From Halocafeteria seosinensis (taxonomy: Eukaryota): a DNA stretch of 64,000 nt. The DNA lies in assembly GCA_001687465.1 (NCBI GenBank), contig LVLI01000643.1, forward strand, positions 1 to 64,000, read 5' to 3'. The translations under genes were made by a program, and so were the position numbers. Shown here piece after piece: positions 1-13,488 of this stretch. The notes beneath the pieces were generated by a model that saw only the letters and a program-made list of their open reading frames with translations, had not been told where the DNA came from and ran no database searches. The stretch's first letter is position 1, and each line of letters begins with the position of its first letter.

Positions 1-864
1 CCCCAGGGCAGGGGAGCCGTCTTTCGGGGGGAAGGCTACTTTTGTCCGGCTGTGGCCCGTTCTGCGCCGCACAGTTGGCCCTGCCATGCACGGTGCTGCA
101 ACGCAGTGGAGGGGAGTGCGCGCCGGCTCTGCCCGCTGGCACCCGCCTTTGAATCGCTCCCTGGGCCGGAGCTGCGCAAACATTTTACGGTTGCGCGCGT
201 AAGAAAGCGTAAAATCTTTCTGGCACATACGGGTATCTTCTGAACTTCACAAACCGGGGGCAGCCCCTGACTGCATCGCATTACAACGATAGGTAGGGAT
301 TCCTCCCCAGTTGTTCCTGGCGAACTGTTGCCATTGCTCGGTACAAGCCATAACAAGCGGCAAGTTCATGTGCATTGGCCCACGCCATGGGCATGTATGT
401 AGCGAGGAAGCCGGACCGCCCGGACCGGTTCCTTCGATACCACCCGGTCCCGGCCACCGGCCCGGGTGCCCTTTCTTGTTTCTCGAGTCCACACAGTGTC
501 TGTGGACTCCACAGCAGTCTCAGAGTGGGCTTGTTAGCTGCGCGTTAGATGGTAAAATCATTTTGTATAACTGTTTGCCAAGCGTTGGTTTGAGAAGTGG
601 ATATCTGTGTGGGTGTTGAGTGGTGAGTTGGCCTGAAGACCCTTTCCGACGGGGGAAAGAAACAAAGGAGCTGTCTAGAGCATCGTTTCGGGCTATTGCT
701 TTCCATGCTAAAGACAGTCTCTTCTTGGTGTGTCTCAGAAAATCGATCGGCGGAGTATCATTGATTGAGTGTGTGAAAATAACTTATTTTGGTGTTGGAA
801 GCGCGAAGAGCCATCGGGTTACTTAGATATTGACCTCGGGTATTTCTCGACCTTGTGCAACAAA

Positions 865-2745
865 ATGGAAGAAAATCCACCAGGTAAGATATGGAAGCGT
901 TGGCTTGTACATGCTAAGTTCTGCACACTAAGTGGAGAAAGAGAATGGCTTCGTGATCTTGTTGAGTCGTGTTGGTATTGGTGCTTGCGCTACCTGGATT
1001 GTGTGTTGCAACTATTGGGTCGGGGATAGAATGGCGCTCCATTTTATATTGGGTTGTTTGTACTTTCTATTTCGTTGGAGTCCGGGCAGGGGGTGGCAAG
1101 AGAATGGCATTATCTTTGGTCACTGTTGCTCTTTTGCGAGGCAGGTTATCAGACCGGAGGTGGCGGCTCCGTACCTGGAACTCATCCGCCTCAGGGCAGT
1201 GCTGAACCGAATACATATCAGCCGCCCAACAAACCCTCACCGAAGCTCATTGTTCACAATATTCCGCTGGACAGTAATTTTCACGAAATTAAGGACTTAT
1301 GTCAAGAATTCGGTCAGGTGTTCGTTAAGGTTTTTCCGTACGTTATGTTCAGCGAACTCTATCATCTTGCGCATCTTCGTGTCATGAAAGTCCAAAGCTT
1401 AACTACATCGCAGCGATCAGCATGCCAACGAAGCTTCTCAGTTCGCTATCATTAACTTTTCCGACGAAGTTAGTTCTGGCAATGCTATGGAGAAGTTGAA
1501 TGGTTTGAATCTTAGAGGCAACCAACTGAGCGTACGGTATGGAAACGCCTTCCGTGACGACGGAAGAAACCGAGGCCGCGGAGGTTTTGAAAGAGGAAGA
1601 GGACGTGGCGGCTTTGGACGCGGACGCGGTTTTGAAGAAGGCCGAGGCCGTGGCTTCGGCGGTGTTGGTGGACCCCGGGGAGTCCCGTCTGGGTCATCGC
1701 CGCGATTTTCCCCTCGTCATATCAGAATCTATGGCCTCAAAGGCACTTACGATTGGAGGATTTTGAAAGTAAGCCATTTATACAGTAAGAGTGACGAACG
1801 CAATGGAAAGAGTCGCTATCGCATGTGTTGCTGTCGTTGTGGCTCCCCAGGATACCTTGAAGCAGAAGTGCAATACTGATATTAGGTATTGTCAGCAGAC
1901 TCAAGATTGTGTCATTGTGGAGTTTAATGCTGCACGTGATGCTGAAAGATCTAGTCGGGACTTGAATGATGGTCTTCTTTTATTCAATGAGCGCGTATCT
2001 GCTGTTCAAGGAGATCAAGAGTTGGACCGAACACGTGATTCACGTCCTCAGCGAAGCAGATCTCCGTAAGTTCAGAACCTAGACATGTTCGTGATTAGAA
2101 CTCCTTGATATTTCGTTGGTGTCATTATGATTAAGCAGTGTGGCACGTTCGCGGAGTCCAGACAGAAGAAGGAACGGTACTGATAGATCCCGAGAACGAG
2201 GGCGCGATAGAAGCCGGACGCGCAGTCGTAGCGGGAGACGCCGATCTCCAAGTAGGAGCAGAAGCAGAAGCCGAGGCAGAAGTGATGGCAGAAATAGAAG
2301 CCCCCATGGGGCTCCTTCTCGAGAGGCGTTTGCGCAACCACGACAACCATATATGGAGTAAGTATCGAATGTGCTCGTGGGATAATTCAATGGGTCGACT
2401 ATTCTGCTAGTCAAACACAGGCGACTACCCCAACCGACTGCTCCCCAAAACCCTGAAAATGAGATCTTTTATGAGCGCATTGTGATTGAGACTGCCGACG
2501 GCAAGGAGAAAGAAATATTCAGGCAGGTTTCAGCAGCGCAGCTGGGGGTGGCCCCAGCACCACCGTCCGTACAACCCTCACGCCCAGTGGCTCATGATGA
2601 CTCAGATAACCGGTGGGGTGGCACTGCACGATCACCCTCGCAAAGAGAGCAGTCGAATAGTCGCGGACACCGAAACGGTTACGAGCGGCGTGGAAGTAGT
2701 CGTGAGTACCGTGATGAGCGTCGAGATCGTGGCTATCGTCGCTAA
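865..2745 (+). CDS. SR-family splicing factor (RRM + RGG linker + pseudo-RRM + RS domain), multi-exon
   Basis: ATG865 MEENPP, intron 884-1144, then GYQTG in matching phase. RRM1 KLIVHNIP...FAIINFSDE...AMEKLNG; RGG repeats; RRM2 with DWRILK|D resembling the SWQDLKD motif; RS-rich exon RSRSRSRSRGRS. Confidence 0.8.
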
Positions 2746-3568
2746 TAGGGAAAGGCATTTATTGGTGTAGTAACTAGAGTGTCTTGTGGTGATGACGCAT
2801 GGCTTGTGTTCATTTTATTAATTCACCACTGATTTTCGTACTTTCGTCGCATCTTCTAAAGCGTACATGTACAGCTCGTAAGACCATCTTTCGTGCATTT
2901 GATGGCAACCCGGTTAGTGAATACTGACCAAACCCCGTGCTCGCCTGGGAGTGACGTGTTGGCTAGCGGAACTGTTGGCTATACCGACTTTCCGCAGCTA
3001 CAACCGAAACTACTCCTAAGGGATAGTGCCAGCTGCACTGCTGATTGCTGCAGGGTTGTGCGTGTTTCAACTGTATTTCTGTTCCATATGAGCGTGTTGT
3101 TAAGTTGAGTGCAAAGCTGTGTATAGCTTTTAGTGTTGTCTGCCTGCAGTGTCCACACTGTTCCCACCGGGGGAGAAAGGGAAACATTCCAGTCAGAAGG
3201 TGAGTGTGGCTTTCTCACAGCACCCTGTCATTGTACGGCCTTGGCAGAGGCAATTCTCTTTCTTTTCTGCCGAATCTGTTTCATTGATGGTTCGATATGT
3301 AACAAGTTCATGCTTGTTGACGGGAATTTTCTGCGTCTTTCTTTCTTCGGCTGGCTAGCTCGGTGAAACAAGCTTGACTGTGTTGAATTCATTTCCGGGC
3401 AGTGATGTTTATGTAACATGTAGGATGTTTCTTCTTCATCATTTCATTATTATGTGCAATATGCGCGGACTCTGTAAGTGCAGATTCAGTGTTGGAAGCG
3501 CCGGTGCCTTCGCTTGTCAGTTCGTGCCAACACTTGTTCTCGATTGCTGGAGGGCGAGAATCAACGCT

Positions 3569-5135
3569 ATGGACTCTAGCAAGGCGAAGGGGAACGGTGT
3601 CGCTCCCTTTGTACAGGCTCTTGTGGACATGATTAACAGTCCTGACTTTAATTGCATTCACTGGAGTGAGGACGGAAAGAAATTCGTGATCGAGAACGTG
3701 GATGAGTTCTGTCAGCAAGTATTGCCCCATTTCTTTTGCCACAAGTATGTAGAGCTAAACTCTGCAGTACTGGGGATCATTAAGACGTGTGGGAAACTCC
3801 AATATGTGCGTTATGTTCTTTACAGGTCGATGCCGAGCTTTGCGCGGCAGCTAAATTATCACGAGTAAGTTGCCTGTGTGACGTGTTACGGCGTTGACTT
3901 ACTACGGCTGATTGTCCTTGCGCAGTTTCTACAAATGCGTAGACAGTGAAGAGACAACAAGCTTGCGGGCGACCAGTGTAACTCCGAAAAAGCGAAAGAA
4001 GAATAAGCCTACAAGGCTGGTATATGCTCACCCATTCTTCCTGAAGGATAACCCGGAGCTTCTATCGTACATCACGCGGAGGACCAATAGAAAAGCTTCC
4101 ACAGCCTTGATGGGTACGTGAATTATTTAACATTCAACGTTCTACCAACAAGATGTCTTTATTTTTGTTGCATTTACAGCCCAACGCCAAGCGAAAGAGT
4201 ATACTTTACAAACTGAACAAAATGGCTCACATAATGCTACGAGGGCGCTAAAGACGGCTCGTCAGCATGAGGAAGAGTCTGCAAGTAACACGGTTAAACA
4301 TCAAAACTCATCATCGAAAAAACCGAAACGAACACCGACAAAGAAAGTTTCTCTGGACGAAGAAACAACATATGGAGATATCGCTTATCCAATAAGTGGC
4401 TATGGGCGCAATTCTACACACCCTTACGATACCTCTTTCCGAAAAAGGGTTACTCCGGATGGACCTGAAGAAACGACGCATTTTGCACATCCGGACAGCA
4501 ATTACTTCGCTGGCGGAGGTGGAACCATTCAACACAATTTTAGCACATCCTACCCTAACATACCGAATCAATCCTTCTATCGAGACTTCGATTTCGGTCA
4601 AACGCCTTTCTCGATGAGCGAATATCCTCCGACGGTTAACAATTTCGGGGGTAACACGTTTGCAGAAACAGCAGCAAGAACGGAAGTTGTTGAACAGGAA
4701 AGCAACATTCCCGAACTAGGTGCTACCGTTCCGAACAGTCTCAATGGCGAGGTTGTACGAGCCAACTCAATGCCGTTTGATAATGGCGACTTCCAGTTGC
4801 CTGAAAATTCGTTCCCTCCTACGCTCGGGGAAGCACAAGAGTCGTTTTACCAACAGCCTCTCGATGCGAAACATACCGCCAGTATCACCAGTAAGGATGG
4901 TGTCGGGGATAATGTTGGGGCGCTGTCGACTGCTCAGTCATCACTACTTCGGACATCGTCGTTTGACGCGGGGGTTCCTAAGGCAGCCCCTGCCTCCGAT
5001 AGCGATTTGAGTCAAGAGGTATCACGGTTTGCGCAACACGGGGACAACTCAGCTGAGTTAGAGGCTGCATTCATGTTGCGTGGTATGAGCTGGGGAGCTT
5101 ACGACGGTTGGGAAAGGAACACAGGTCAGACGTAA
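3569..5135 (+). CDS. Heat shock factor-type transcription factor, multi-exon
   Basis: HSF DNA-binding domain: PFVQALVDMINS...IHWSEDGKKFVI...VLPHFFCH..SFARQLNYH...YAHPFFLKDNPELLSYITRR. Confidence 0.9.
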
Positions 5136-5162
5136 TTCTTAGTCTCACCGAAAATCAATGTA

Positions 5163-7383
5163 TTATACACTGAACTTATGTTGCAAGTTTCGTACGTTGT
5201 GTAAGGATGTCTGCACGGCCTGGTTTGCCACCTTTCGAGCAACTCTAAAGAATGACTCTACCCTGTTATTAATACCAACGGTAGAATTTGACTCAACCCC
5301 TCGTTGGCTTGGATCGTTCAGCGAGCCATGACCAAGAAGCTGTCGCAACAGCTTACCGCCTTCAGTCTTGGGACCACCTTCCAATTCGCCCTCAAAGGAA
5401 CATTCTTCAGACGTATTCAAAATATGTCCGTTTTGCGTAGGTGAAGATTCCCTATATTCGTTCGAAGATAACCCAGCCAAGAGCTCGTCGGTTTCATTTC
5501 TCCAAGCCTCTGTTACGTCTTGCAAAGGGAGCTCTTTAACTTCCTTGAGCGCGGAGGTCAGTCCCTCTTTTTCTCCACGGAGTTGGGCAATTTCCGTTTC
5601 CAGGGACCGAATACCGTCATGTAGCATGTTAACTTCCTCAATCTTACACACCAGCTCCTCCGTAAGTCGTGAAAGCTCAGCTTGATCAAGTTCAGTATCT
5701 TTGCGATAACTGCTCAATTGAGCGTGTAGAACGTTGACATAGTCATCGCGGATCATTTGAGTAGAAATCGAGTTTGGATCCTCTGGTTCGACAAGCCGTT
5801 CAAGTTTTTCAAAGACGCTCCATGGGAGCTCAACATTCTCTTGCTCAGAATGTTTCCCTCTGATGTCCTCCATAGTCTCCGCTATTTTCTCCTTCAGCTT
5901 CTCTTGTTCGTTTAACTTTTCTCTCATCGAAGCAATTACCTCTGAAGACTTCCTCACAGCCTCATCTTTTTCCATTGAGTCTGTCTTTAAATCTTGAAGG
6001 TATTGACTTAGATACCAGGTGTCCTTCTTACTTTCGGACACGGCAATCTTAGCGCCCTCTAAGTCATCTTGGTACTTCTTTAGAACAGTAACTAGCTCCT
6101 TCATTAGTTTGCTAGCGTGAGCACCCCGCGCCTTTTCAACTATGAGTTCGTGTGAGGCCGAGGTGCTGGAGCCACGGTAGTCAGGACTGTTCATTGACGA
6201 TGGAGAGAAAGGAGAACTTTTGTGAGTAGGCCGTCTACTCGGAGGGGTCTCTTCATGCAGCTTCTTCTGTAGTTCTTCATTTTCCTGCTCCTTCTCATGC
6301 AATTTCGCCTGTAACTTGTTCAGTTGGTCCTTGTAGGAACGCTTTGATTGTGCCACAGCTTCCTGCCAGATACAAGCATTATTTAGCTGTTTATCTCCCC
6401 TTTCAAACATAAAATTTGCTTGCTAACTCACCTTCAGGCTATTTAACTCTGCTCGTAGTTTCGTCTTATCTAGCGAGCTAGTCCTCTGTAGTAAGTAAAC
6501 AGTGGAGCACTCCAATCACTATCGAGGCTAACGTATAAATACATATAAAACAAACCTCTTCTGATGATTTATCCGTATGCGATTTTCGCTGTCTATCGAG
6601 TTGGGTCGAGAGTTTCCAGTTTTCTTGTCTAAGTTCCTCGTTTTGGGCTCGTTGCTGGATGATACAATTCGAGTTGGAGTTGATACAGCCACAGGACGCT
6701 GCACAAACAACATTATTGTTTACAAACCTTTTCATTGTACTCCACTTGCTCCTCCAATTCCGTCTTGAGACTCGTGATCTCTCCAATCAGGTCATTCTTA
6801 TCTTTCTGCAATGAACGTCAGAAGCACCGATACTCCACTTGCCTGCAACTGGTGGGTACAATTACGCGAGGACTAGCTAACTTACCTGCAACATGGATAT
6901 GATGGCCCTTAATCTGGAGCTTTCAGAAGCATATGTAGTTTTGTCGGAGTAGTTTCGGTCGACACTCCCTGCACCGGAGTGTCTGGTTCTGTGTCCATGG
7001 GTGCTGGAGTTTCTCCCACTCTCTAAGCTCCTTCTTGTCGGCGTGTGCGATTGTTTTGTCCTTTCTGCGTACCCACTGCTTTCCATTGTTGATTGGTCCA
7101 ATGTGCGCCTACTGTGCCCTACATATCGCCGACGGGCTGTGTTATCCTCCTCCTCCGCGTAAATGGATTTTCGAGGAGTTGGAGCCACATTGCTTTCCAT
7201 CTCTCTGGAATACGCAGGAGATGCAGACCTATGTCGACGTCTCGTTGTACGAGAGCTATCGTTACTATGTCTCAATCCTTGGTTTGGTTTCTCATAAGAG
7301 GAGGGAGTCCTTGAGAAATCCTCCTGGAAAGCCTCAGAAGAAGCTCGAGAGGAGCGATTCGACTGTCTGCTTCCTTTATTCAT
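5163..7383 (-). CDS. Hypothetical coiled-coil protein, multi-exon
   Basis: Ser/Arg-rich N-terminal exon and long E/K/Q-rich heptad ORF 5163-6410, joined by GT-AG introns. Confidence 0.7.
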
Positions 7384-7811
7384 GCTCGTTTATGGTACAA
7401 AAATGGTTTGATTATTCATTCATAGTCGTTTCTTCGCCATCGGTAGGAATTCTTTATTTTGGGGAACCAACAAACAGCAAAGAAACGTTGGATCTGGACT
7501 ATAACGCCCTCAGCTCGAGTCGCGCTCCGAAACAACGGCAGATCTACCACCATTTGAATCAGCAGGTACATTTATCATTAGTGTTATCATTTTTACTTGT
7601 GGAAATGATCACAATTATTTTGGTCACAGCTGGACGGAATATCTGCACCACTGTAGTATCTTGTACCACAATGGAACACCATGGTACACAATGGTACATA
7701 ACGCACGTTCACGTTGCAAATTACATGCTACACAAAATTTTCACAGTGGTTGGACAGGATAACCGGCGGAAGGTAGTCAAACCAAATACATAAAGAAACA
7801 CTGATTTTGCG

Positions 7812-10275
7812 CTAGTAATGGTTCTCCCATCCGTTCCATGTTCCAACGAGTCTTCCATCCGAGACACTAATTTGTGAAACCTGCAATGCTCGCTGAGAGG
7901 TGCATAACAGAAATAAATAACAATTGTAGTCGACGTTGACATACCTGGTTGGTTTCCATAAGTTCCCTCCAGGGTGAATAATGGTGGACGAAAAGATCAG
8001 GTTCCTCTGATGACTCGCTGGCCAGGTCATTCTGGTCTTCGGTATGTATCTTTAAGTGTTCCGGTTCGTTACTATCCTCGCGAATAGGAGGAAGAGAAGC
8101 AATCGCCTTTTCAGATGTAGTAGGTCGCTGACTAGAGTCACCGGTCCGAGGAATAGAGCCAGGATAATTTTCCCGTTTTTTAAGGGAATTCAGTAAGTGA
8201 GAAATGTCCAACCTGTTCGAGTTTGAAACCAGGTCTTCAGCCTGACTGCGGCACGTGCATATTGGGAATGAATCGAAACGCCTCGACGACAAACCACGAC
8301 ATAGTAGTACATACACTGATACAATGGAACGAGGGCGCTCGGCATATTCCACTGTGCCAGTAACGGCATTATCTGACCTACCGTAACCTCGGCGGATTTC
8401 CTCAGGTGATACGACAGGACCTGGCCTGTCCGGGATAGCACTTGACTTTCCTTCAGAACGGGCTGAAAGAAAGCCTCTTCTTAATTTATCAACCTTGGAA
8501 GTATCTAAGTTTCGACGAGCGCTTTCAGCCATTACCACTCCGAAGCAGGCGGCACTGCATTGGAATAAATCCATAATCGTTCACTGCTAATGGAGCCCTT
8601 GGGAGCAACTATTTAACAACGCACCTCGAGGGTACGCCCTCATTTACCGGCAGAGTGACCTCGAAGGAAAACATGACGACAAAGTCATTTACTGCTGTTG
8701 CGCACAGGACATGATATTTATGATCAGGATTCGGCTGTGCGGTGCAGCAGACAAGAGTCCGCCCCCCCGAGTTGGTATCCAGCCAGGCATATAACTTATT
8801 CGTCCCCAGAGTGCAGCTTCTGTACCCTTTTATAACATCCCTTAATTCCCTTCCAGCAAAATGGAAGCTCCGCTGTATTGAGGAGATACGGGACCAATTT
8901 TCTGAGAACTTCTGATGGTTGAAGAAATTCACCGAACTCGCTACCTCAACCGAGTGCTCCAGCTCTCCTTCTTCAAAAGGTGCAATGTTGTAAAGCAAGC
9001 ACTCTTCCAAAAATATGCATGCCCCAGTATACTGCACTTGGGTTTGTATCATCCAGAAAGGTAATGAATTACGGAGATCTTCATTAATGGACCACAAGGC
9101 TTCTTGATTGATATGCGACAAAAGCTCCTGCAGGGAACATCTAATAAATAGGCATGTTTCTCTGTGTCAAATGCTATATCAGTGGCACACACCTTAACAG
9201 GTTCGGGTAAGGCATTCTTGGTATCCCACTGAAGTAATTCCATGGGACGCGTTCCACTTGTACTATATGTAGGTATCCAACAACGATCCAGAACGATATT
9301 GATGCTCTGCTGCAGCTGCAAGAACAATGATACAAAACTAGATAAATTACCTAATTTACCCTTGCGATAAGCAACTCTTTGATTCTTACCGAGTAGCGTT
9401 GCATTCTCCATGAAGAGAGGTCACAGCACGCACTTCCTAAGACGTTTGTCAGGGTTTTCAAACCATCTCCAAGTAATGCCTGCGCCGGAAAGCAAACATA
9501 ATACTGACTCTTCATCAAACTCGAAGTTGTGTATGATTGTCAATACCTTAGCATCTTCTGAGTCCAGGAAATGGCCATCGCATATCAATGACACTGTTAT
9601 GTTAGCTACGTCTTGAAGCGCAACTATCACTGGCTTTCCCGAGCGTAACCGGAAATAGATACTGTGGGCTTGCTCGCCTACAACGGTCTTCGATATTTGC
9701 CTTGTAGCGACATAAACGCCTCGACAACGGTTACTTTCTAATTTGTTGCACAGGTGCTGAGTGACAGAATCATGGGTAAAACATCTGGACGATATTGACA
9801 AGGATCCACCAGATGAAGTACTTACGCTGCTAGCGTCACTGCGAGCAGGAGTTACCACTTCTCGTTCTACTTCGTCAGTCTGCTTGGTTTCAATGTGCAG
9901 TCCCTCTTTAGACGTTTGTTTCTGCTGCGTGGAGGCTGGTGGGTGTCGGGCACCACCGCTTGGAATCTGAAAGAAGCGGCGTGACCTTCTCTGTGGCGAA
10001 TACGGGTCTCCCTGTTCAGACGGTGTCCTAAGTTCGGGTTCATCTTCTGAATCAACCTCCGATCCTGAAGAGGACGACTCTTCGTCCTCCTCCTTCACCT
10101 CCTCTTCCTCCGGCAACCCGCTGCGTACTTCTGGGAGCCGATAGTGGGCCAATAGATAGTCTTCACCTTCTTCGAAGTCATTCTTCAAAAACAAGATACT
10201 GATAATGTCGCGTATCCGCATGAAAGGCGCTACTCCATTGGTATTGTCATACACGTCATGAATCGGTTGGCTCAT
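7812..10275 (-). CDS. Putative Inturned/CCZ1-like tri-longin protein, multi-exon
   Basis: LFLKNDFEEGEDYLLAHY and KLESNRCRGVYVATRQISKTVVGEQAHSIYFRLRSGKPVIVAL resemble the first longin domain of INTU/CCZ1 as recalled; last exon ends GWENHY* at 7812. Confidence 0.45.
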
Positions 10276-10640
10276 TGTGGTGGCGTATCTGACTTCGTTA
10301 TGTGTGTAGCGGTTGAATACGGATATCAGCCACTGCAGTCCTCAGCCCCCTTCTACCAAAAGAAGGAAAACGGGGTAGCCTATATCCATTAGTTTAACGA
10401 ATATCGTCATTATTGTGAATGCATCATGTCGAAGGATTCATACGTTATGCTTCGTCATTGGCGTTTTGTGAACATCGTGTCTGTCAGTAGAAGGTTTGTT
10501 TGCATCCTTCTTTGGCTCATGCCTGCTTTGCGCTATGGTATCGACTCGATTTTTTCATGTTTGAAGGTGAAAACACCGATAGAGTCGTTGAGGGAGAGGA
10601 GTTGTCATTCCTTGAGCCTATGCTAACTTAGCAGCTCAAA

Positions 10641-12023
10641 ATGTTTAGACAGCTTACGTATAATTGCGCGGCAACTGCGCGATATGGGTGGCGTCTGTTG
10701 TCCACCCGGAATTGGATGGGGAGGGAATCGACAGAAGCTGCTCATGCCGCTTGGCCATCGTACGGACAGGCAGCCGACCTGTCTCGTCTGTTTTCTGCTA
10801 AAGCCGAAGATCGTAGACGAACAGAGCGAAGAAACCGAAGACGACGTGCTCTGAAGAGTGGCAAGGTAGCAACGCAATCAAGACGCATCGCATGTCAGCG
10901 CTTGGCAGATTATATCAGGAGAGTCCCCACGTGGCAGGACATCTTGGCGGTCTTTGAAATGCAAAAGGGAACCTTTGACGGATACTGCTATGCAACAGCA
11001 TTCTACAGAATAAGTCAGAAACCTTGTCCTCAGATGGCGATGCAGGACAAGCGATACTCCTTATTGGCTGAAGCAGCTGTGGCCAAAATGAGCGAGGCGG
11101 AGTCGACTTCAGTAGAAGAGTTTGATGCGTCGCTCCTGTGTTTAATGATCTCAGGGGTAGGTCTAACTGCCAATCCTGGTCCCACGTCTGTATTCGGGAC
11201 TGCTGAACCACTACTAGACGACAGCGCGCCCGCCCAGATCCAATCCATTGACGCCCAGACGTTACCTAAGGAATGCAACAAACTGCTTGAGAAGAGCATA
11301 GAACTGCTCCACAGCCGTCTGGCTACGGACAAGTTGAGACAACTGTACTGGCTACACCCTCATCATTTGGCGAGCCTGCTGTACGGGATGGGACATGCGT
11401 TTGCGGGCGAGACTAGTTACGCGGAGAGTGATGTGTCACAAGAGATGTCTCCCCTTCTTCCTTTAATAGAGCAGAATATGGAGAAGCAAACGGATTACCT
11501 GGGGCCTTTCGAAGTCAGTCGCGCGTTGACAGGCGTAGCAATGCTAGAGCTACGGCAGAGCGAGACGATTGTGTCGCTCCTGCTCGGGCGACTTCGTGAA
11601 ATACACCGTAACATGCACAGCATTGATTGGGCTTTGACACTATGGAGCCTAGCCGTCCTGCAAAAGGAAAAAATGTTTTCCGCAGCTACCAAAGCTTTTT
11701 TGCTTGAAGTTAGGGCAGACATTGAAGACAGAATTATGATACAGAGGTGGAATCTGCGTCCTGAAGACCTGGGCATCATCAGCTGGTCTCTCACAGAACT
11801 CGGGATTGGTAACTCCGATCTCATGGCCGCATTGGTGAACGTTGCCAATCACGAGTCTTGGCGTCCGTATATAGTGAAACAGAATAGAAAAGCACTTGAA
11901 TCGTCTCTTAGAGATTCCCCTTTAAAGGCTGAACTCAAGGCTGTCGACTCCCAAGAGCAAGAGTCAGTTACAAACTCGAGTAGCGAGTGGGCTGCCGTTG
12001 GGTCACTGCGAGTGGAACACTAA
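10641..12023 (+). CDS. Organelle-targeted helical-repeat (FASTK/OPR-like) RNA-binding protein
   Basis: 460 aa ORF with Arg-rich presequence and repeated helices such as PHHLASLLYGMG, PFEVSRALTGVA, PEDLGIISWSLTELG. Confidence 0.6.
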   Translation: MFRQLTYNCAATARYGWRLLSTRNWMGRESTEAAHAAWPSYGQAADLSRLFSAKAEDRRRTERRNRRRRALKSGKVATQSRRIACQRLADYIRRVPTWQDILAVFEMQKGTFDGYCYATAFYRISQKPCPQMAMQDKRYSLLAEAAVAKMSEAESTSVEEFDASLLCLMISGVGLTANPGPTSVFGTAEPLLDDSAPAQIQSIDAQTLPKECNKLLEKSIELLHSRLATDKLRQLYWLHPHHLASLLYGMGHAFAGETSYAESDVSQEMSPLLPLIEQNMEKQTDYLGPFEVSRALTGVAMLELRQSETIVSLLLGRLREIHRNMHSIDWALTLWSLAVLQKEKMFSAATKAFLLEVRADIEDRIMIQRWNLRPEDLGIISWSLTELGIGNSDLMAALVNVANHESWRPYIVKQNRKALESSLRDSPLKAELKAVDSQEQESVTNSSSEWAAVGSLRVEH

Positions 12024-12227
12024 TGTAAGGTTTGTACGAAGACAGCGGGAAATAAACGGAGCCCTGTGTGCCATCCACTAACTTATACCCATTTGTGCCG
12101 ACTCATCCTCATATATAGTTGAAGTTGACGGGCTGTCGGCTACTTGATACCATCAAGTTAATAGCCGCATTGATGGGATTGTTAGTTCCTATAGTATGGA
12201 CGGGCCGTGGTACAAGGCATCACGAAG

Positions 12228-13488
12228 ATGATGAGAAATTACAGAATTTTGCAGACTGGGTGTCGGCAGTTGCTTCGAACGCAAGTGAGGACACCGTTTA
12301 CGCTCACTCCCTATGCATCGTCGCACTTTCCGAAGAATCAATTCCTAAGAGGGGTTCGCGGCTATCATGGGATCGAGAACAACAGACTTGAGGCGAGTGC
12401 TCGCGTAAAAATCGTACCGCTATTTACAGACAACTATGCTTACCTTCTTATGGATGAAGCCAACCTGGTGTGCGCAGCTGTAGATCCCGCTGATGCCGGT
12501 ACGTAGTTTGCCGCCATCCTAGAACCGATTTCGAGGTAACAATGTCCTGTTTGGGTTCGGCAGATGCATTTATCCATTCTGCTCTGGCAGACAGTGACCG
12601 TTCGGAACTCACCACTGTATTGTGCACCCATAAGCACTGGTAAGCAGCATTCTCGTCGGTATCGGAGTTGGGCTGGAACTTTAGGACAGTGCGCACATGC
12701 AATTCCAGGGATCATGCCGGAGGAAACGAGCAGTTCGCTGCGCAATACAAAGGAATTGATATCTATGGGCCAGCCACAGAGGATGTACCTGCTGTCACTC
12801 ACAAGGTACAGGAAGGCGACAGGTTCAAAATAGGAGGTTTCACAGTTGATGTATTCGATGCTGGCTGCCACACACGGGTGAGTCACGAAATCCATGTATC
12901 GTTGATGCAAATTCGCGAAGTTCATGGCGAAGTTCCGTAGCACAGGGCCATATAATGTATTATGTAACTGGTGATAGCAACGTTGCTCCTAAGCTCTTCG
13001 CTGGCGATACGCTTTTCGTGGGAGGATGTGGTCGTTTCTTCGAAGGTGATGCTCAGGACATGTACAATATACTGTATGGGACAGTCGCCAAACTTCCTCC
13101 GGAGACTCTAGTCTATTGTGGACATGAATATACCATGAAGAATCTCGAATTCGCACTCACGCTAGAGCCGGAGAATGAGATGTTGAACTACAGATATGAA
13201 TCCACAAAGAAGATGAGAAACTCAAACACTCCGCAACCCACAGTTCCCACAACCATAGGAGTAGAAATGCAAACGAACCCCTTTTTGAGAGTCCATTTAC
13301 CATCGGTTGCCTCTGCGGTTGGATTGTATGATAAGAGCAAGCTATCGACAGACCCCACTAACTACCAAGAAACAGCAAACGACTATGTGCAGTCCAGCGG
13401 TGAAGCGGGGCTCCCAGCTGTCGGCCATGACGGGATCGATCCTGTGGAAGTGATGAAAAGAGTACGACAAGCAAAAGATAGATTCTAA
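12228..13488 (+). CDS. HAGH: Hydroxyacylglutathione hydrolase (glyoxalase II), likely mitochondrial, multi-exon
   Basis: DNYAYLL, VDP, THKHW|DHAGGN, LFAGDTLFVGGCGRFFEG, VYCGHEYT, TNPFLRV. Confidence 0.93.

Noticed and set aside
1..480. GC-rich segment with hairpins such as GGACCGG/CCGGTCC
   Set aside because: No recognisable RNA family or ORF; stems are expected at this GC content, and the segment is cut by the window edge.
2786..2832. GTGATGA...CTGA suggesting a C/D snoRNA
   Set aside because: Only about 45 nt, and the C box is sequestered in a simple hairpin (GTGGTGA/TCACCAC).
7035..7793. Long antisense or overlapping ORFs in the track (e.g. this 252 aa ORF; 53795-54385 minus)
   Set aside because: Shadow frames of real genes or unspliced read-through, with no protein-like motifs.
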